Below, piece by piece: positions 38,837 through 49,280 of a stretch of DNA of 64,000 nucleotides. The notes beneath the pieces were generated by a model. That model saw only the letters and a list, made by a program, of their open reading frames with translations, ran no database searches and was not told where the DNA came from. The position numbers and the translations under genes were made by a program. This DNA comes from Terracidiphilus sp. (GTDB lineage Bacteria > Acidobacteriota > Terriglobia > Terriglobales > Acidobacteriaceae). How positions within the stretch are numbered: position 1 is the first letter of the stretch; every line of letters starts with the position of its first letter. The stretch is from positions 15-64,014 of the forward strand of contig DASUAU010000018.1 of the NCBI GenBank assembly GCA_035763705.1, in the 5' to 3' direction.

Positions 38837-39229
38837 ATGAATCTTCCTGTTCGCCGGACTACCGGCGCGGCGGCGGCTTCGCTCGCCCCTGCCGTTCTTC
38901 TCTTAGCCTCCTGTCTTCTTCCCGGCTGCCACAGCGGACCGCCGCTCACGCCGCAGCAGCTTGCCGGCAGGCAACTTTATGAGTCGCGCTGCGCCCACTG
39001 CCACGAAGAGAACGACCTGCAGCTCAAGAAGGTTCCGCCCAATCTTCATCACATTTTCGAGTCAGGCAAGCTGCCCAGCGGCGCGCCGGCCACTGACCTC
39101 CAGATTGAGCGCACCGTCCTCTCCGGCAAAGGCTTGATGCCCTCCTTCGCCGGCCGCTTTACACAGGAGCAACTGAACGCGCTCCTGGCCTATCTGCACA
39201 CCGGGCTGCGCGGCCTCCAGAACCCCTGA
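38837..39229 (+). CDS. Mono-heme cytochrome c, probable lipoprotein
   Basis: Signal ending LPGC, CAHCH, MPSF axial Met. Confidence 0.87.
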   Translation: MNLPVRRTTGAAAASLAPAVLLLASCLLPGCHSGPPLTPQQLAGRQLYESRCAHCHEENDLQLKKVPPNLHHIFESGKLPSGAPATDLQIERTVLSGKGLMPSFAGRFTQEQLNALLAYLHTGLRGLQNP

Positions 39230-39230
39230 C

Positions 39231-39274
39231 GCCAAAGGCATTTTGCGGGGCAGCCAAAGGCATTTTGCGGGGTA
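39231..39274. repeat. 22-bp tandem duplication
   Basis: GCCAAAGGCATTTTGCGGGGCA / GCCAAAGGCATTTTGCGGGGTA. Confidence 0.9.
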
Positions 39275-39354
39275 ATGGACGCGCTGGAATCCGCATTCCG
39301 CCGCGCGCCGCCCACATTCCGCGCCCCAATCCGGCTCGCGGTATACTGGGGAGT

Positions 39355-40683
39355 GTGAGGCCCACCGAAAAAACCTTTTATCTGGAGACCTTCGGCTGCC
39401 AGATGAACGCCCATGACTCGGAGAAGGTGATCGGCACGCTCCGCCAGCAGGGCTATCGCCAGGTGGAGACCGAGGAGGAAGCCGGCCTCATCCTTTACAA
39501 CACCTGTTCCATCCGCGACAAAGCCGAGCAGAAGGTCTTTCACCGCCTCAACGACTACAAGAAGCTCTACAAGGAAGGCAAGCGCTTTGGCGTGCTGGGC
39601 TGCGTGGCGCAGCAGGAGGGCGAAAAGATCTTCGAGCGCGCGCCCTATGTCTCGCTCGTCTCAGGCTCGGCCTCCTATCGCAAGCTGCCTGAGATGCTTG
39701 CGCGGCTTGAAGCCGGCGAAGGCCGCATCACCGGCCTTGACGACCGCCAGACCGACGAGACCTTCGAGACCGAATTCACCGCGCGCCAGAATCCCTATCG
39801 CGGCTACATCACCATCATCGAGGGCTGCGACAAATTCTGCGCCTACTGCGTCATGCCTTACACGCGCGGCAAGGAGCGCAGCCGCGGCTCGTCATCTGTC
39901 CTCGAAGAAGCGCGCCGCATCGCCGATCTCGGCTACACCGAAATCCAGCTCCTGGGCCAGAACGTGAACAGCTATCGCGACCCGGAAGGGAAGCAGAGCT
40001 TCGCGGAACTGCTCGCCTCGGTCGGCCAGGTGCCAGGCATCCGCCGCGTCCGCTTCACCACCAGCCACCCGCGCGACTTCACCCGCGACATTGTGGACGC
40101 CATTGACGCCGTGCCCGCGCTTTGTGACCACGTGCACCTGCCCGTCCAGTCCGGCTCCACGCGCGTGCTGAAGCAAATGGCCCGCGAATACACCCGCGAC
40201 TGGTACCTTGAGCGCATCCAATGGATCAAGGCGGCTAGGCGTCCCATTTCGCTCTCCACGGACATCATTGTTGGATTTCCCGGTGAAACCGCCGATGATT
40301 TTATTGAGACCATGGACCTGCTGGCGGAAGTCCAGTACGATTGCGTCTTCGGCTTCAAGTATTCGCCCCGGCCCAACACGCCGGCGCTGGTCATGATCGA
40401 TTCCATTCCTGAAGCCGAGAAATCCCGGCGTCTTCAGGTGCTTCTGGATCGTCAGCGCGAGATTCAGAGAGCCAATTACAACAAGCATTTGGGAGAGGTG
40501 ATGGAAGTGATGGTTGAGGGAATGAATCCGGCCCGCGGCCAGGTCAACGGCCGCAGCTCCCAGAACAAACCCGTCAACTTCACCACTGCACAGGCAATCG
40601 CTCCGGCTCCCGGCAGCTATCTGCACGTCCGGATTACCGGCGCATTTCCCAACAGCCTGCTCGGAGAAGCCGTCGCATCCTGA
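39355..40683 (+). CDS. miaB: tRNA-i6A37 methylthiotransferase MiaB
   Basis: TFGCQMNAHDSE, NTCSIRDKAEQK, GCDKFCAYC, LLGQNVNSY, TRAM domain. Confidence 0.96.
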   Translation: MRPTEKTFYLETFGCQMNAHDSEKVIGTLRQQGYRQVETEEEAGLILYNTCSIRDKAEQKVFHRLNDYKKLYKEGKRFGVLGCVAQQEGEKIFERAPYVSLVSGSASYRKLPEMLARLEAGEGRITGLDDRQTDETFETEFTARQNPYRGYITIIEGCDKFCAYCVMPYTRGKERSRGSSSVLEEARRIADLGYTEIQLLGQNVNSYRDPEGKQSFAELLASVGQVPGIRRVRFTTSHPRDFTRDIVDAIDAVPALCDHVHLPVQSGSTRVLKQMAREYTRDWYLERIQWIKAARRPISLSTDIIVGFPGETADDFIETMDLLAEVQYDCVFGFKYSPRPNTPALVMIDSIPEAEKSRRLQVLLDRQREIQRANYNKHLGEVMEVMVEGMNPARGQVNGRSSQNKPVNFTTAQAIAPAPGSYLHVRITGAFPNSLLGEAVAS

Positions 40684-40714
40684 CCTGTACACGGGGAGCG
40701 GCAGAGGAGGGGCA

Positions 40715-41203
40715 ATGGATATCGAAGTCAGAATCCGTGGACTGATGATGGACCCCGCCACCAACATGCCCATCGTCGTGCTCAAGGACGTGGCGTCAGA
40801 AACCGTCATGCCCATCTGGGTCGGCATTTTTGAGGCCAACGCCATCGCCATCGAAATCGAGAAGATGGCCGCGCCGCGTCCCATGACGCACGATCTCATC
40901 AGGAACCTCATCCACAACATGAATGCCGAGCTGGATCACGTAGTCATCACAGAGCTTAAAGATGACACTTTCTTCGCTCAACTCTGGGTGCAGCAGGGAA
41001 ATGAGACGGTCGTCGTCGACGCGCGCCCCTCTGACGCCATCGCACTGGCCCTCCGCGCCGATTGTCCCATCTTCGTTTCCGAGCAGGTGCTGCAAACCGC
41101 CAAATTCAACACCTCCGGCCCGGCAGAGGGTCCCACGGCTGAGCAGCTTCGCGGCTGGCTGGAAGGCTTGAACGACGAGGACCTGGGCCGCTACAAGATG
41201 TAG
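40715..41203 (+). CDS. Bifunctional nuclease family protein (DUF151)
   Basis: PIWVGIFEA, PRPMTHDL, DARPSDAIALALR. Confidence 0.92.
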   Translation: MDIEVRIRGLMMDPATNMPIVVLKDVASETVMPIWVGIFEANAIAIEIEKMAAPRPMTHDLIRNLIHNMNAELDHVVITELKDDTFFAQLWVQQGNETVVVDARPSDAIALALRADCPIFVSEQVLQTAKFNTSGPAEGPTAEQLRGWLEGLNDEDLGRYKM

Positions 41204-41380
41204 ACGCGCGGCCCGCACAACCACCAGACGCTCTTATTGCCACCTCAAGAGGGAAGAGCCGCACTCGCGGCCCAAAACCTCCCGCATTCCTCAATCTTTG
41301 ACTCTAGTTTACAGAATATCTGTTATCGGACGTACACTATCAAAACGCCAACGAGTCCTAATAACCCTCCTCGGCGCCCC

Positions 41381-42442
41381 TCAGTTCCTTGTTCCCGCCA
41401 GCAGCTCTTCCACCCGCTGCTTCTGTGCGGCCGTCAGCGCCGGCAACGGCTGCCGCGCTCGCCCGCCAAAATAGCCGTTAAAATCGCACGCATACTTCAC
41501 GCCACTGATTCCCAGCCCTCCGACAATCTCCGATGCGGCTTCGGCAACCCGCTCCTGCTTGGCCCGCGCCAGCGCATGGTCGCGGTCCTTCCAGGCCAGA
41601 TAAATCTCCTGGCAGGCCTGCGGCGCACAGGCGCCAAAGGCCAGCACGGCTCCCGTGGCCCCTGCTTCAAGTGATTCCAGAAAGGTGCTCACCGATCCGC
41701 TGAGCACCTGGAAGCCCACATCCCTGGTTCGCGTCTTTAGCGTGGGCAGCGGAGCCACGGCCGCCATTGCGACTCCCGAAAGCTCTGCGGCTGCCACAAA
41801 CCCATGCGGTTGCCCTGGCTCCTTCGGCTGCTGTTTCAGCATCCGGCCCGTCACCGCCTCGAATATCGTCGTCACGCTCGTTTGCCGCTTCGGCGCATCC
41901 TTCGTCGCGGCAATCAGCGCGGTAATTCGCTCCATTTGTCCGCTCGACTCTTTCATGCCTATCACGTTGGGATGCCGTGCCATCTCGGCCGCAACCTCAA
42001 CCGGAATCTGCGCGGGCACAAACCGTGGAATGTTGTAGAGCACCACCGGCAGCGGTGAGCGGTCCGCCACATTGCAGAAAAACTCCAGCATCGTCCCGGT
42101 CGTCATCACGCTGGCATAGTACGGCGGCAGCCGCACCAGCACCGCGTCGTAATCGAACTTTGCCGCGGCATCGGCCATCTCCAGCGTGGCGCGCACGCTG
42201 TTCTGACCCACGCCGGCAATCAGTACCTTGTTCGCAGCCGCGGCCTCCGCAGCCGTCCGCAAAACCTCGCGGGATTCCTCATCGTTCAGCGAGGCGGCCT
42301 CGCCCGTTGAGCCCAGCACCATCATCCCCGCCAGCAGACTGCGCGAATAGTGCGCGACGTTGGCCTCCAGCTTGCGGAAATACACCCGCTCGTCCGGATA
42401 GAACGGTGTGGTGATTGCGGCAAAAACGCCTTCGAGCAGCAT
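41381..42442 (-). CDS. Dihydrodipicolinate synthase family aldolase (HOGA-like) with internal insertion
   Basis: TTPF, GSTGE, LYNIP, IGMKES Schiff-base Lys. Confidence 0.85.
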   Translation of the reverse strand: MLLEGVFAAITTPFYPDERVYFRKLEANVAHYSRSLLAGMMVLGSTGEAASLNDEESREVLRTAAEAAAANKVLIAGVGQNSVRATLEMADAAAKFDYDAVLVRLPPYYASVMTTGTMLEFFCNVADRSPLPVVLYNIPRFVPAQIPVEVAAEMARHPNVIGMKESSGQMERITALIAATKDAPKRQTSVTTIFEAVTGRMLKQQPKEPGQPHGFVAAAELSGVAMAAVAPLPTLKTRTRDVGFQVLSGSVSTFLESLEAGATGAVLAFGACAPQACQEIYLAWKDRDHALARAKQERVAEAASEIVGGLGISGVKYACDFNGYFGGRARQPLPALTAAQKQRVEELLAGTRN

Positions 42443-42496
42443 ATCTATATTGTATGCGGGGCAGGTCAGCTCATCCGCGTCAGTCCCCTGCCGGCC

Positions 42497-45400
42497 TCAG
42501 TCTCTGCCAGCTTGATGCAACGCCTGCAAGGCGAAGACCGTCGTCCGGCTCTCCTGCATTGCCGCAATTCCACCGGCGGCTGCCTGCGCGGCGGCAATCG
42601 TCGTAATCGTCGGCACGCGCGCCACCACCGCCGCACGTCGAATCGCCTGCTCATCGAAGAACGTATCCTGCCCGCGCGGCGTGTTGATGATCAACTGGAT
42701 CCTTTCGCCCTTGATCAGGTCCACCACGTTCGGCCGGCCTTCCTTCACCTTGAAAATCCGCTCCACCGCCATCCCCGCGCGTTCCAGCGCGTTGGCCGTG
42801 CCTTCCGTGGCCACCAGTTGAAAGCCCAGGTCCACATAACGCCGCGCCAGTTGGACCGCCTGCGCCTTGTCATGGTCATTCACGCTGAAGAACACCGTGC
42901 CGCGCGTGGGCAGAACAATGCCAGCGGAAAGCTGCGCCTTGGCAAAGGCCTCGCCAAAGCCGGTCGCCACGCCCATCACCTCGCCGGTCGACTTCATCTC
43001 CGGACCCAGCACCGTATCCACGCCCGCGAACTTCTGCCACGGAAACACCGGCGACTTCACATAGTAGTGCGCGCCGGTCTTCAAATCCCTGCCCGCAGCC
43101 AGTTGCTCCGGCAGCAGCTCGCGCAGCTTGCGTCCCGTCATCAGTCGCGCTGCCATCTTCGCCAGCGGCACGCCCGTGGCCTTTGACACATACGGCACCG
43201 TGCGCGAGGCCCGCGGATTCACCTCAATCACAAACACCTGGTCCTTGTCCTGCGCGTCGCGCTGGATGGCAAACTGCAGATTCACCAGGCCCACCACCTT
43301 CAACGCCAGCGCCAGCTTGCGCGTGTACGCGCGCAGCGTCTCCAGCGTCTCCTCGCGAATGCTCACCGCCGGCAGCACGCATGACGAGTCGCCGGAGTGA
43401 ATGCCGGCCTCCTCAATGTGCTGCATGATGCCCGCAATCAACACGTCTTCCCGGTCGCACAGCGCGTCGATGTCCACTTCCACCGCGCTCTCCAGAAAAT
43501 GATCAATCAGCACCGGCCGATCCTGCGAATACTCCACCGCCTCGCGCATATACTGCGTCACCGCCGCCGCATCGTAGGCAATCACCATAGCACGCCCGCC
43601 CAACACATAACTGGGCCGCACCAGCACCGGATACCCAATGCGCTCCGCCACGGCCAGCGCTTCTTCCACGCTCGTTGCCGTGCCGCCCGCCGGCTGCGGA
43701 ATCTGCAGCTCCTCCAGCAGCTTTCCAAATTGCTTGCGGTCCTCGGCCAAATCAATTGACTCCGGCGACGTGCCGATAATCGGAACGCCCGCCGCGCGCA
43801 GTCTCTGTGCAAGGTTCAGCGGTGTCTGCCCGCCAAACTGCACAATCATGCCAATCTCCGCGCCGCTCTGCGCCTCATGGTTGTAGACGGCCAGCACATC
43901 CTCCAGCGTCAGCGGTTCAAAGTAAAGCCGGTCGCTCGTGTCGTAATCGGTCGAGACCGTCTCAGGATTGCAATTCACCATAATCGTCTCGTAGCCGTCA
44001 TCCTTCAGCGCGAACGCCGCATGGCAGCAGCAGTAGTCGAACTCGATTCCCTGCCCAATGCGGTTCGGCCCCGAGCCCAGAATGATGATCTTGCGCTTGT
44101 CCGTCGGCGGCGCTTCATCCTCCTCGTCGTAGGTCGAGTAGAGATACGGCGTCATCGACTCAAACTCCGCCGCGCAGGTGTCCACCAGCTTGTAGACCGG
44201 ACGAATCCCCTTGCCTTCGCGCAGTTCCCTCACCCGCTGCACGCCTGCGTTTCCCACCAGCTTCCACTCCGTGGCAATCCGTTCGTCGCTCAGCCCCATG
44301 CGCTTCAGCCGCCGCAGAGCATCGGCATCCATCGCCTCCGGCGTCGTTTCCGCAATCGACTTCTGCGCCAGCGTCACCTCGCGCAACTGATGCAGAAACC
44401 ACGGGTCCATGCCCGTCAGCCGCGCCACCTCGCGCACGCTCAACCCGCGCTCAAATGCAAACCGCAGATAGCCCAGGCGCTCCGGCTTCGGCGTCACCAG
44501 CATCTGCGTCAGCCGCCGCGGCTCCAGCACCTCTGAGCCCGTCTTTTTGCCCGTCTCCAGCGCGCGCCACGCCTTCATCAGCGCTTCCTTAAAGGTGCGG
44601 CCCATCGCCATTACCTCGCCCACGCTCTTCATCTGCGGGCCCAGCGTATCGTCCGCTCCGGGAAACTTTTCAAACTGCCACTTCGGAATCTTCACCACCA
44701 CGTAATCAATCGTCGGCTCAAAGCACGCCGGCGTCTTCCGTGTAATGTCATTCGGTATCTCATCCAGCGTGTAGCCCACGGCCAGCTTGGCCGCAATCTT
44801 CGCAATCGGAAACCCCGTCGCCTTTGACGCCAGCGCCGACGAGCGCGAAACGCGCGGATTCATCTCAATCACAATCATCCGCCCGTCCACCGGATTCACC
44901 GCAAACTGCACATTCGATCCGCCCGTCTCCACGCCAATTTCGCGCATCACGGCAAGCGCCGCGTCGCGCATCCTCTGGTACTCGCGGTCAGTCAGCGTCT
45001 GCGCCGGCGCCACCGTAATCGAGTCGCCCGTGTGCACGCCCATCGGATCGAAATTCTCAATCGAGCAAATAATGATTACGTTGTCCGCCAGGTCGCGCAT
45101 CACCTCCAGCTCAAACTCCTTCCAGCCCAGCACGCTCTCCTCAATCAGGCACTCGTGCACCGGCGAAAGGTCCAGTCCGCGCGAAAGAATCTCCATCAAC
45201 TCTTCGCGGTTATAGGCCACGCCGCCGCCTGAGCCGCCCAGCGTAAAGCTCGGCCGAATCAGCACCGGAAATCCCAGCTTGCCCGCAAAATCCAGCCCGT
45301 CGCGAAGGTTGTTCACCAGCGCCGACTTCGCCACCTCAAGGCCAATGCGAATCATCGCGTCCTTGAAGAGCAGCCGGTCCTCGGCCTTCTTGATCGCCTC

Positions 45401-45784
45401 CAACTTGGCGCCAATCAGCTCCACGTTGTAGCGCTCCAGCACCCCCGCGTCCGACAGGTCCACCGCCAGGTTCAGCGCCGTCTGCCCGCCCACCGTGGGC
45501 AGCAGCGCAAACTTGCCCGCGCCCGGCCTCAGCATCTCCGCTTCCAGGCGAATAATCTCCTCTACATACTGGCGCGTCAGCGGCTCAATGTATGTGCGGT
45601 CGGCAAGCTCGGGATCGGTCATGATGGTGGCCGGATTTGAATTCACCAGCACCACCTCATAGCCCTCCTGCTTCAGCGCCTTGCACGCCTGCGTGCCGGA
45701 GTAGTCGAACTCCGCCGACTGCCCAATCACAATCGGCCCCGAGCCGATCACAAGAATCTTCTGGATGTCATTTCTGCGTGGCAT
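42497..45784 (-). CDS. carB: Carbamoyl-phosphate synthase large subunit
   Basis: [15 protein letters not shown], two ATP-grasp halves, C-terminal MGS domain. Confidence 0.98.
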   Translation of the reverse strand: MPRRNDIQKILVIGSGPIVIGQSAEFDYSGTQACKALKQEGYEVVLVNSNPATIMTDPELADRTYIEPLTRQYVEEIIRLEAEMLRPGAGKFALLPTVGGQTALNLAVDLSDAGVLERYNVELIGAKLEAIKKAEDRLLFKDAMIRIGLEVAKSALVNNLRDGLDFAGKLGFPVLIRPSFTLGGSGGGVAYNREELMEILSRGLDLSPVHECLIEESVLGWKEFELEVMRDLADNVIIICSIENFDPMGVHTGDSITVAPAQTLTDREYQRMRDAALAVMREIGVETGGSNVQFAVNPVDGRMIVIEMNPRVSRSSALASKATGFPIAKIAAKLAVGYTLDEIPNDITRKTPACFEPTIDYVVVKIPKWQFEKFPGADDTLGPQMKSVGEVMAMGRTFKEALMKAWRALETGKKTGSEVLEPRRLTQMLVTPKPERLGYLRFAFERGLSVREVARLTGMDPWFLHQLREVTLAQKSIAETTPEAMDADALRRLKRMGLSDERIATEWKLVGNAGVQRVRELREGKGIRPVYKLVDTCAAEFESMTPYLYSTYDEEDEAPPTDKRKIIILGSGPNRIGQGIEFDYCCCHAAFALKDDGYETIMVNCNPETVSTDYDTSDRLYFEPLTLEDVLAVYNHEAQSGAEIGMIVQFGGQTPLNLAQRLRAAGVPIIGTSPESIDLAEDRKQFGKLLEELQIPQPAGGTATSVEEALAVAERIGYPVLVRPSYVLGGRAMVIAYDAAAVTQYMREAVEYSQDRPVLIDHFLESAVEVDIDALCDREDVLIAGIMQHIEEAGIHSGDSSCVLPAVSIREETLETLRAYTRKLALALKVVGLVNLQFAIQRDAQDKDQVFVIEVNPRASRTVPYVSKATGVPLAKMAARLMTGRKLRELLPEQLAAGRDLKTGAHYYVKSPVFPWQKFAGVDTVLGPEMKSTGEVMGVATGFGEAFAKAQLSAGIVLPTRGTVFFSVNDHDKAQAVQLARRYVDLGFQLVATEGTANALERAGMAVERIFKVKEGRPNVVDLIKGERIQLIINTPRGQDTFFDEQAIRRAAVVARVPTITTIAAAQAAAGGIAAMQESRTTVFALQALHQAGRD

Positions 45785-45803
45785 GTGCTCTTATCTTGAC
45801 CTT

Positions 45804-46373
45804 CTACTTTGGGGGACAGGAATCAATTGGATTGTCGCTGCCATGGAATTTGATTGTCGAAGTGATTCTGCATTCCTTGAATCCAGCGCATTGCAGTTCG
45901 CTCGGTTGGTCGACGAGCGGAAGACGTTTAAATCGCCCGTTCTTCATCCAAACGAGGATCAGGCGATATTTGTCTTCCGGCACCGATTGGAACTCAAATT
46001 CTCCATCTGAGTGAAGAGGAACTGCATACAGAATTGCGCCAGTTGCAATACTCTTGATCTGGACAATCGTGTGATGGTCAGGTTTGACGCTGTCGAAATT
46101 GAGTGGTGCACCAGAGGGATCGAAGAATGTACCTCTCAATCGGACCGAGTGAGAAACGAAGAGATTTGCAGGTGCAAGCTCATCAAGACAAATCTTGTTT
46201 TGCATTTGCTTTGATTCGCTCGTTGTGCACGGCCTGTGGTTCTGAACACAATCAACCTGACCACACGCGAAGGTTCCGGTGGAGAAGGCGCAGATAAGCA
46301 CCGCGCACCCGAAAAAACAGCGGAGCCTTGGCCCCGCCGCTTGCTTCAAATTCCACTTCACGCGCCGCGTCAT
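45804..46373 (-). CDS. Cys-rich exported hypothetical protein inserted between carA and carB
   Basis: Open frame; ATG overlaps carA stop (ATGA); hydrophobic N-region; [17 protein letters not shown] resembles carboxypeptidase-regulatory-like beta-sandwich; AT-richer. Confidence 0.65.
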   Translation of the reverse strand: MTRRVKWNLKQAAGPRLRCFFGCAVLICAFSTGTFACGQVDCVQNHRPCTTSESKQMQNKICLDELAPANLFVSHSVRLRGTFFDPSGAPLNFDSVKPDHHTIVQIKSIATGAILYAVPLHSDGEFEFQSVPEDKYRLILVWMKNGRFKRLPLVDQPSELQCAGFKECRITSTIKFHGSDNPIDSCPPK

Positions 46374-47503
46374 CCCTTCCACTCCTCCATCATCTTTCTG
46401 AAGTCGTGGAACAGGTAGTGCGAGTCGTGCGGGCCGGGCGCGGCCTCCGGGTGATACTGCACGCTGAACAGCGGCAGCGTCTTGTGCCGCATCCCTTCCA
46501 GCGTCTGGTCGTTCAGGTCCACATGCGTCAGCTCCACCTCGTTCGCGTTGATCGAGTCCGGGTCAACCGCGAAGTTGTGGTTGTGCGCGGTAATCTCCAC
46601 CTTGCCCGTCACGTTGTTACGCACCGGATGATTGCCGCCGTGGTGGCCAAACTTCAGCTTGTAGGTCCGCCCGCCCAGCGCCAGCCCGGTCAGTTGATGC
46701 CCCAGGCAAATTCCAAACACCGGCACGCGCCCCAGCATCGCGCGAATGGCCTTCACCGCGTAGTCCACCGGCTCCGGATCGCCCGGCCCGTTCGACAGAA
46801 AGACACCGTCCGGCTTCAGCTCCATCACCTCGTCGGCGCGCGTCTCCGCCGGAACCACCGTCACCCGGCAGCCGTCGCGCGTCAGCATCCGCAAGATGTT
46901 CTGCTTGATGCCGAAGTCGTACGCCACCACGTGCAGCAGTGGTTTTTCTTCAGCGCCCGGCAGCAGCGGATCGCCCGCCTGGTTGCGCACGTGCGCGGCA
47001 TCAAACGTGTACTGCGTCTTGGTTGAAACCACGCGCGCCAGGTCCGTCCCATCCATCTTGCGAATGGCCTTGGCCCGCGCCACCAGTTTTTCTACGTCGG
47101 TTTCCTTCGTCGAAATCACGCCGCGCATCACGCCGTGCGTGCGCAGGTGCCGCACCAGCGCCCGCGTATCAATCTCCGCCAGCACCGGCACCGCGTAGCG
47201 TTCCATGTATTCGTCGGTCACCTGCTCGGAACGCCAGTTCGAGCTGATGGCCGAGAACTCGCGCACAATCAGCCCCTCAATAAAAGGCTTCAGCGCCTCA
47301 TTGTCCGCGCTGTTGGTGCCGTAGTTGCCAATCTGTGGATTGGTGAGAACGACGATCTGGCCGGCGTAGGAAGGATCGGTGGCAATTTCCTGATAGCCGG
47401 TGAGGGATGTGTTAAAAACAACCTCGCCCTGGCATTCGCCTGGGGCACCGTAGCCGTGACCACGAAAGCTGCGCCCGTCTTCGAGCGCAAGGATCGACTG
47501 CAT
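46370..47503 (-). CDS. carA: Carbamoyl-phosphate synthase small subunit
   Basis: LALEDG, GEVVFNT..TGYQE..TDPSY, SNGPGDP, GICLGHQ, QYHPE. Confidence 0.98.
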   Translation of the reverse strand: MQSILALEDGRSFRGHGYGAPGECQGEVVFNTSLTGYQEIATDPSYAGQIVVLTNPQIGNYGTNSADNEALKPFIEGLIVREFSAISSNWRSEQVTDEYMERYAVPVLAEIDTRALVRHLRTHGVMRGVISTKETDVEKLVARAKAIRKMDGTDLARVVSTKTQYTFDAAHVRNQAGDPLLPGAEEKPLLHVVAYDFGIKQNILRMLTRDGCRVTVVPAETRADEVMELKPDGVFLSNGPGDPEPVDYAVKAIRAMLGRVPVFGICLGHQLTGLALGGRTYKLKFGHHGGNHPVRNNVTGKVEITAHNHNFAVDPDSINANEVELTHVDLNDQTLEGMRHKTLPLFSVQYHPEAAPGPHDSHYLFHDFRKMMEEWKG

Positions 47504-47576
47504 CGCTTCTCCGAGGAGTGGATTCAATCGATTTTAGCAGGTTGGGCCGCGGCGTGCGCCGTGGAAAACCCGGCAC

Positions 47577-48191
47577 TCAATGCACCACGCCCGCATCGCG
47601 CGCCGGCCAATAGACAAATTCCGCCTTGCCGTAGATGAGGCGGCGCTTCACCGTGCCGAAATCCCGGCTGTCAAACGAGATGGACCGATGATCGCCCATC
47701 ACGAAATACCGTCCTGCGGGAATCACCGTCGCTTCCATATCGCGGGTATCCCGGTATCTCTCTGGAACGTAGGGCTCCTTGAGCGGCTTGCCGTTCAGCC
47801 ACACCTGCCCGTCGTCAATCCGGATATGGTCTCCGGGCAGCCCAATCACGCGCTTGATGTAGCTCTTCGTCGGGTCTGCCGGATAGTGGAAGACCACCAC
47901 GTCTCCGCGATGGATGGACGAGAGGTGATAGACGTATTTATTGATGAACAGCCGGTCACTGTTCTCCAGCCCGGGCAGCATGCTGGTGCCTTCCACGCGC
48001 ACCGGCTGGTAAAGAAACGTCACCATCAGCACTGAAATTGCCGAGGCGATCACAAGGTCGCGCATCCACAACCCAAGGCTGTTCGGGTTGCGCGCAGGCG
48101 CGTTTGGCGTGGCTGTCTCCGCTGCGGGCTCGCCTGCTGCCTGCGTGGATTCCACACTCTCTTCGGATAGGGGCTGGTTTTCCGTCTGCAT
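47577..48191 (-). CDS. lepB: Signal peptidase I
   Basis: VEGTSM, RGDVVVF, YIKRVIGLPGD, GDHRSISFDSRDFG. Confidence 0.95.
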   Translation of the reverse strand: MQTENQPLSEESVESTQAAGEPAAETATPNAPARNPNSLGLWMRDLVIASAISVLMVTFLYQPVRVEGTSMLPGLENSDRLFINKYVYHLSSIHRGDVVVFHYPADPTKSYIKRVIGLPGDHIRIDDGQVWLNGKPLKEPYVPERYRDTRDMEATVIPAGRYFVMGDHRSISFDSRDFGTVKRRLIYGKAEFVYWPARDAGVVH

Positions 48192-48253
48192 CTGCTCTTC
48201 TGGGCCGGCGCTACGGTCTCAATCGTGGGGCCGCTCTACTGTCAATTCCCATT

Positions 48254-49132
48254 CTATTCCGGTCCGCACCCAAGCCCGCCGGCGGGGCAAAGAATATGGG
48301 GGCGATGTTCCGGTTTTTGCATCGGCTTGGGCTGGTCCGGCGAGGGCACCAGCGCCGGAGGCGTTCCCGGCGCGCCCGCTCCCGCCAGGTTCTCCTGCTC
48401 CAGAATCAGCGGCCGTTGCAGAACCATCTCCACCTGCGTGCCGCTGGGGATGCTCACGTCCGCCCCGCGCGTAAACAAGCTCACAATTCCAGCCGCGGCC
48501 AGCCCCGCGCCCATGCCAATCAGGCCGCCCTCCAGCGGATGTCCGCCCTCCAGCCCGCCAATCGAGCCCACGGTGGCCCCGGTCGGAATAGACACCGACG
48601 CCACCTTGCCCATGTTGCGGGTCTTGTCGCTGTCCTGCTGCACCGTGCCCTCGCCGTTTTTCTTCACTTCCTGCTTCTTTGCGCCGGGCAGGCTGTTCAC
48701 CATCCCCGGAATCTCCACCACCGTCCCGTTGGGAAAAATGATCGACGAGAAATGCATATCCAGTTGCGCCTTGCCGCGCACTCTGCCCGCCCGCACCACG
48801 CGGTCCACCACGCCCTGCACATACACGCCGGCCGGAATCATCACGCGATTGCCCACCACCACCGGAAACGTTGAAACCAGGTAAACGCCGTCGCCCGCCT
48901 TGGCGCTGTGCGTATCAATCCCGCTCCGCAGCTCCAGCAGCACCTTGGTTCCCGCCGGAACCACATAGGTCTTTTTCGCGGGCGCTGCTGCCTGCTGCTC
49001 CGGCGCTGCTGCCAAAGGCTGTGCCGCACTCTGGCCCTGCGCGCCTGCCGCCTGGCTCACGGCCAGGCACGGCATTCCGGCCAGCAGACACAGTGTCCCG
49101 GCCGCTCTGCGTGAAATCCGCGGAATGCACAT
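48254..49132 (-). CDS. Exported TrbI/VirB10-like beta-barrel protein with glycine zipper
   Basis: Signal peptide; VPAGTKVLLEL, IPAGVYVQGVV, IPSGTQVEMVL repeats; Gly-rich helices. Confidence 0.65.
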   Translation of the reverse strand: MCIPRISRRAAGTLCLLAGMPCLAVSQAAGAQGQSAAQPLAAAPEQQAAAPAKKTYVVPAGTKVLLELRSGIDTHSAKAGDGVYLVSTFPVVVGNRVMIPAGVYVQGVVDRVVRAGRVRGKAQLDMHFSSIIFPNGTVVEIPGMVNSLPGAKKQEVKKNGEGTVQQDSDKTRNMGKVASVSIPTGATVGSIGGLEGGHPLEGGLIGMGAGLAAAGIVSLFTRGADVSIPSGTQVEMVLQRPLILEQENLAGAGAPGTPPALVPSPDQPKPMQKPEHRPHILCPAGGLGCGPE

Positions 49133-49280
49133 TGCTGCGCCCACTCCTCTTCCTGCCTCTGAGCCCTATCAAAATAGACGTGCTTGCCCGATGGAAGGGT
49201 AGACCGATTTAGGACCGCCGTCAAAAAAGCCGCGCTCACTTTTGCAATTGCAGCCAATCGATTTAGGATGCAAGACAAGC

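Noticed and set aside
39231-39274. Mini CRISPR array
   Set aside because: Two abutting units, no spacer, no cas genes.
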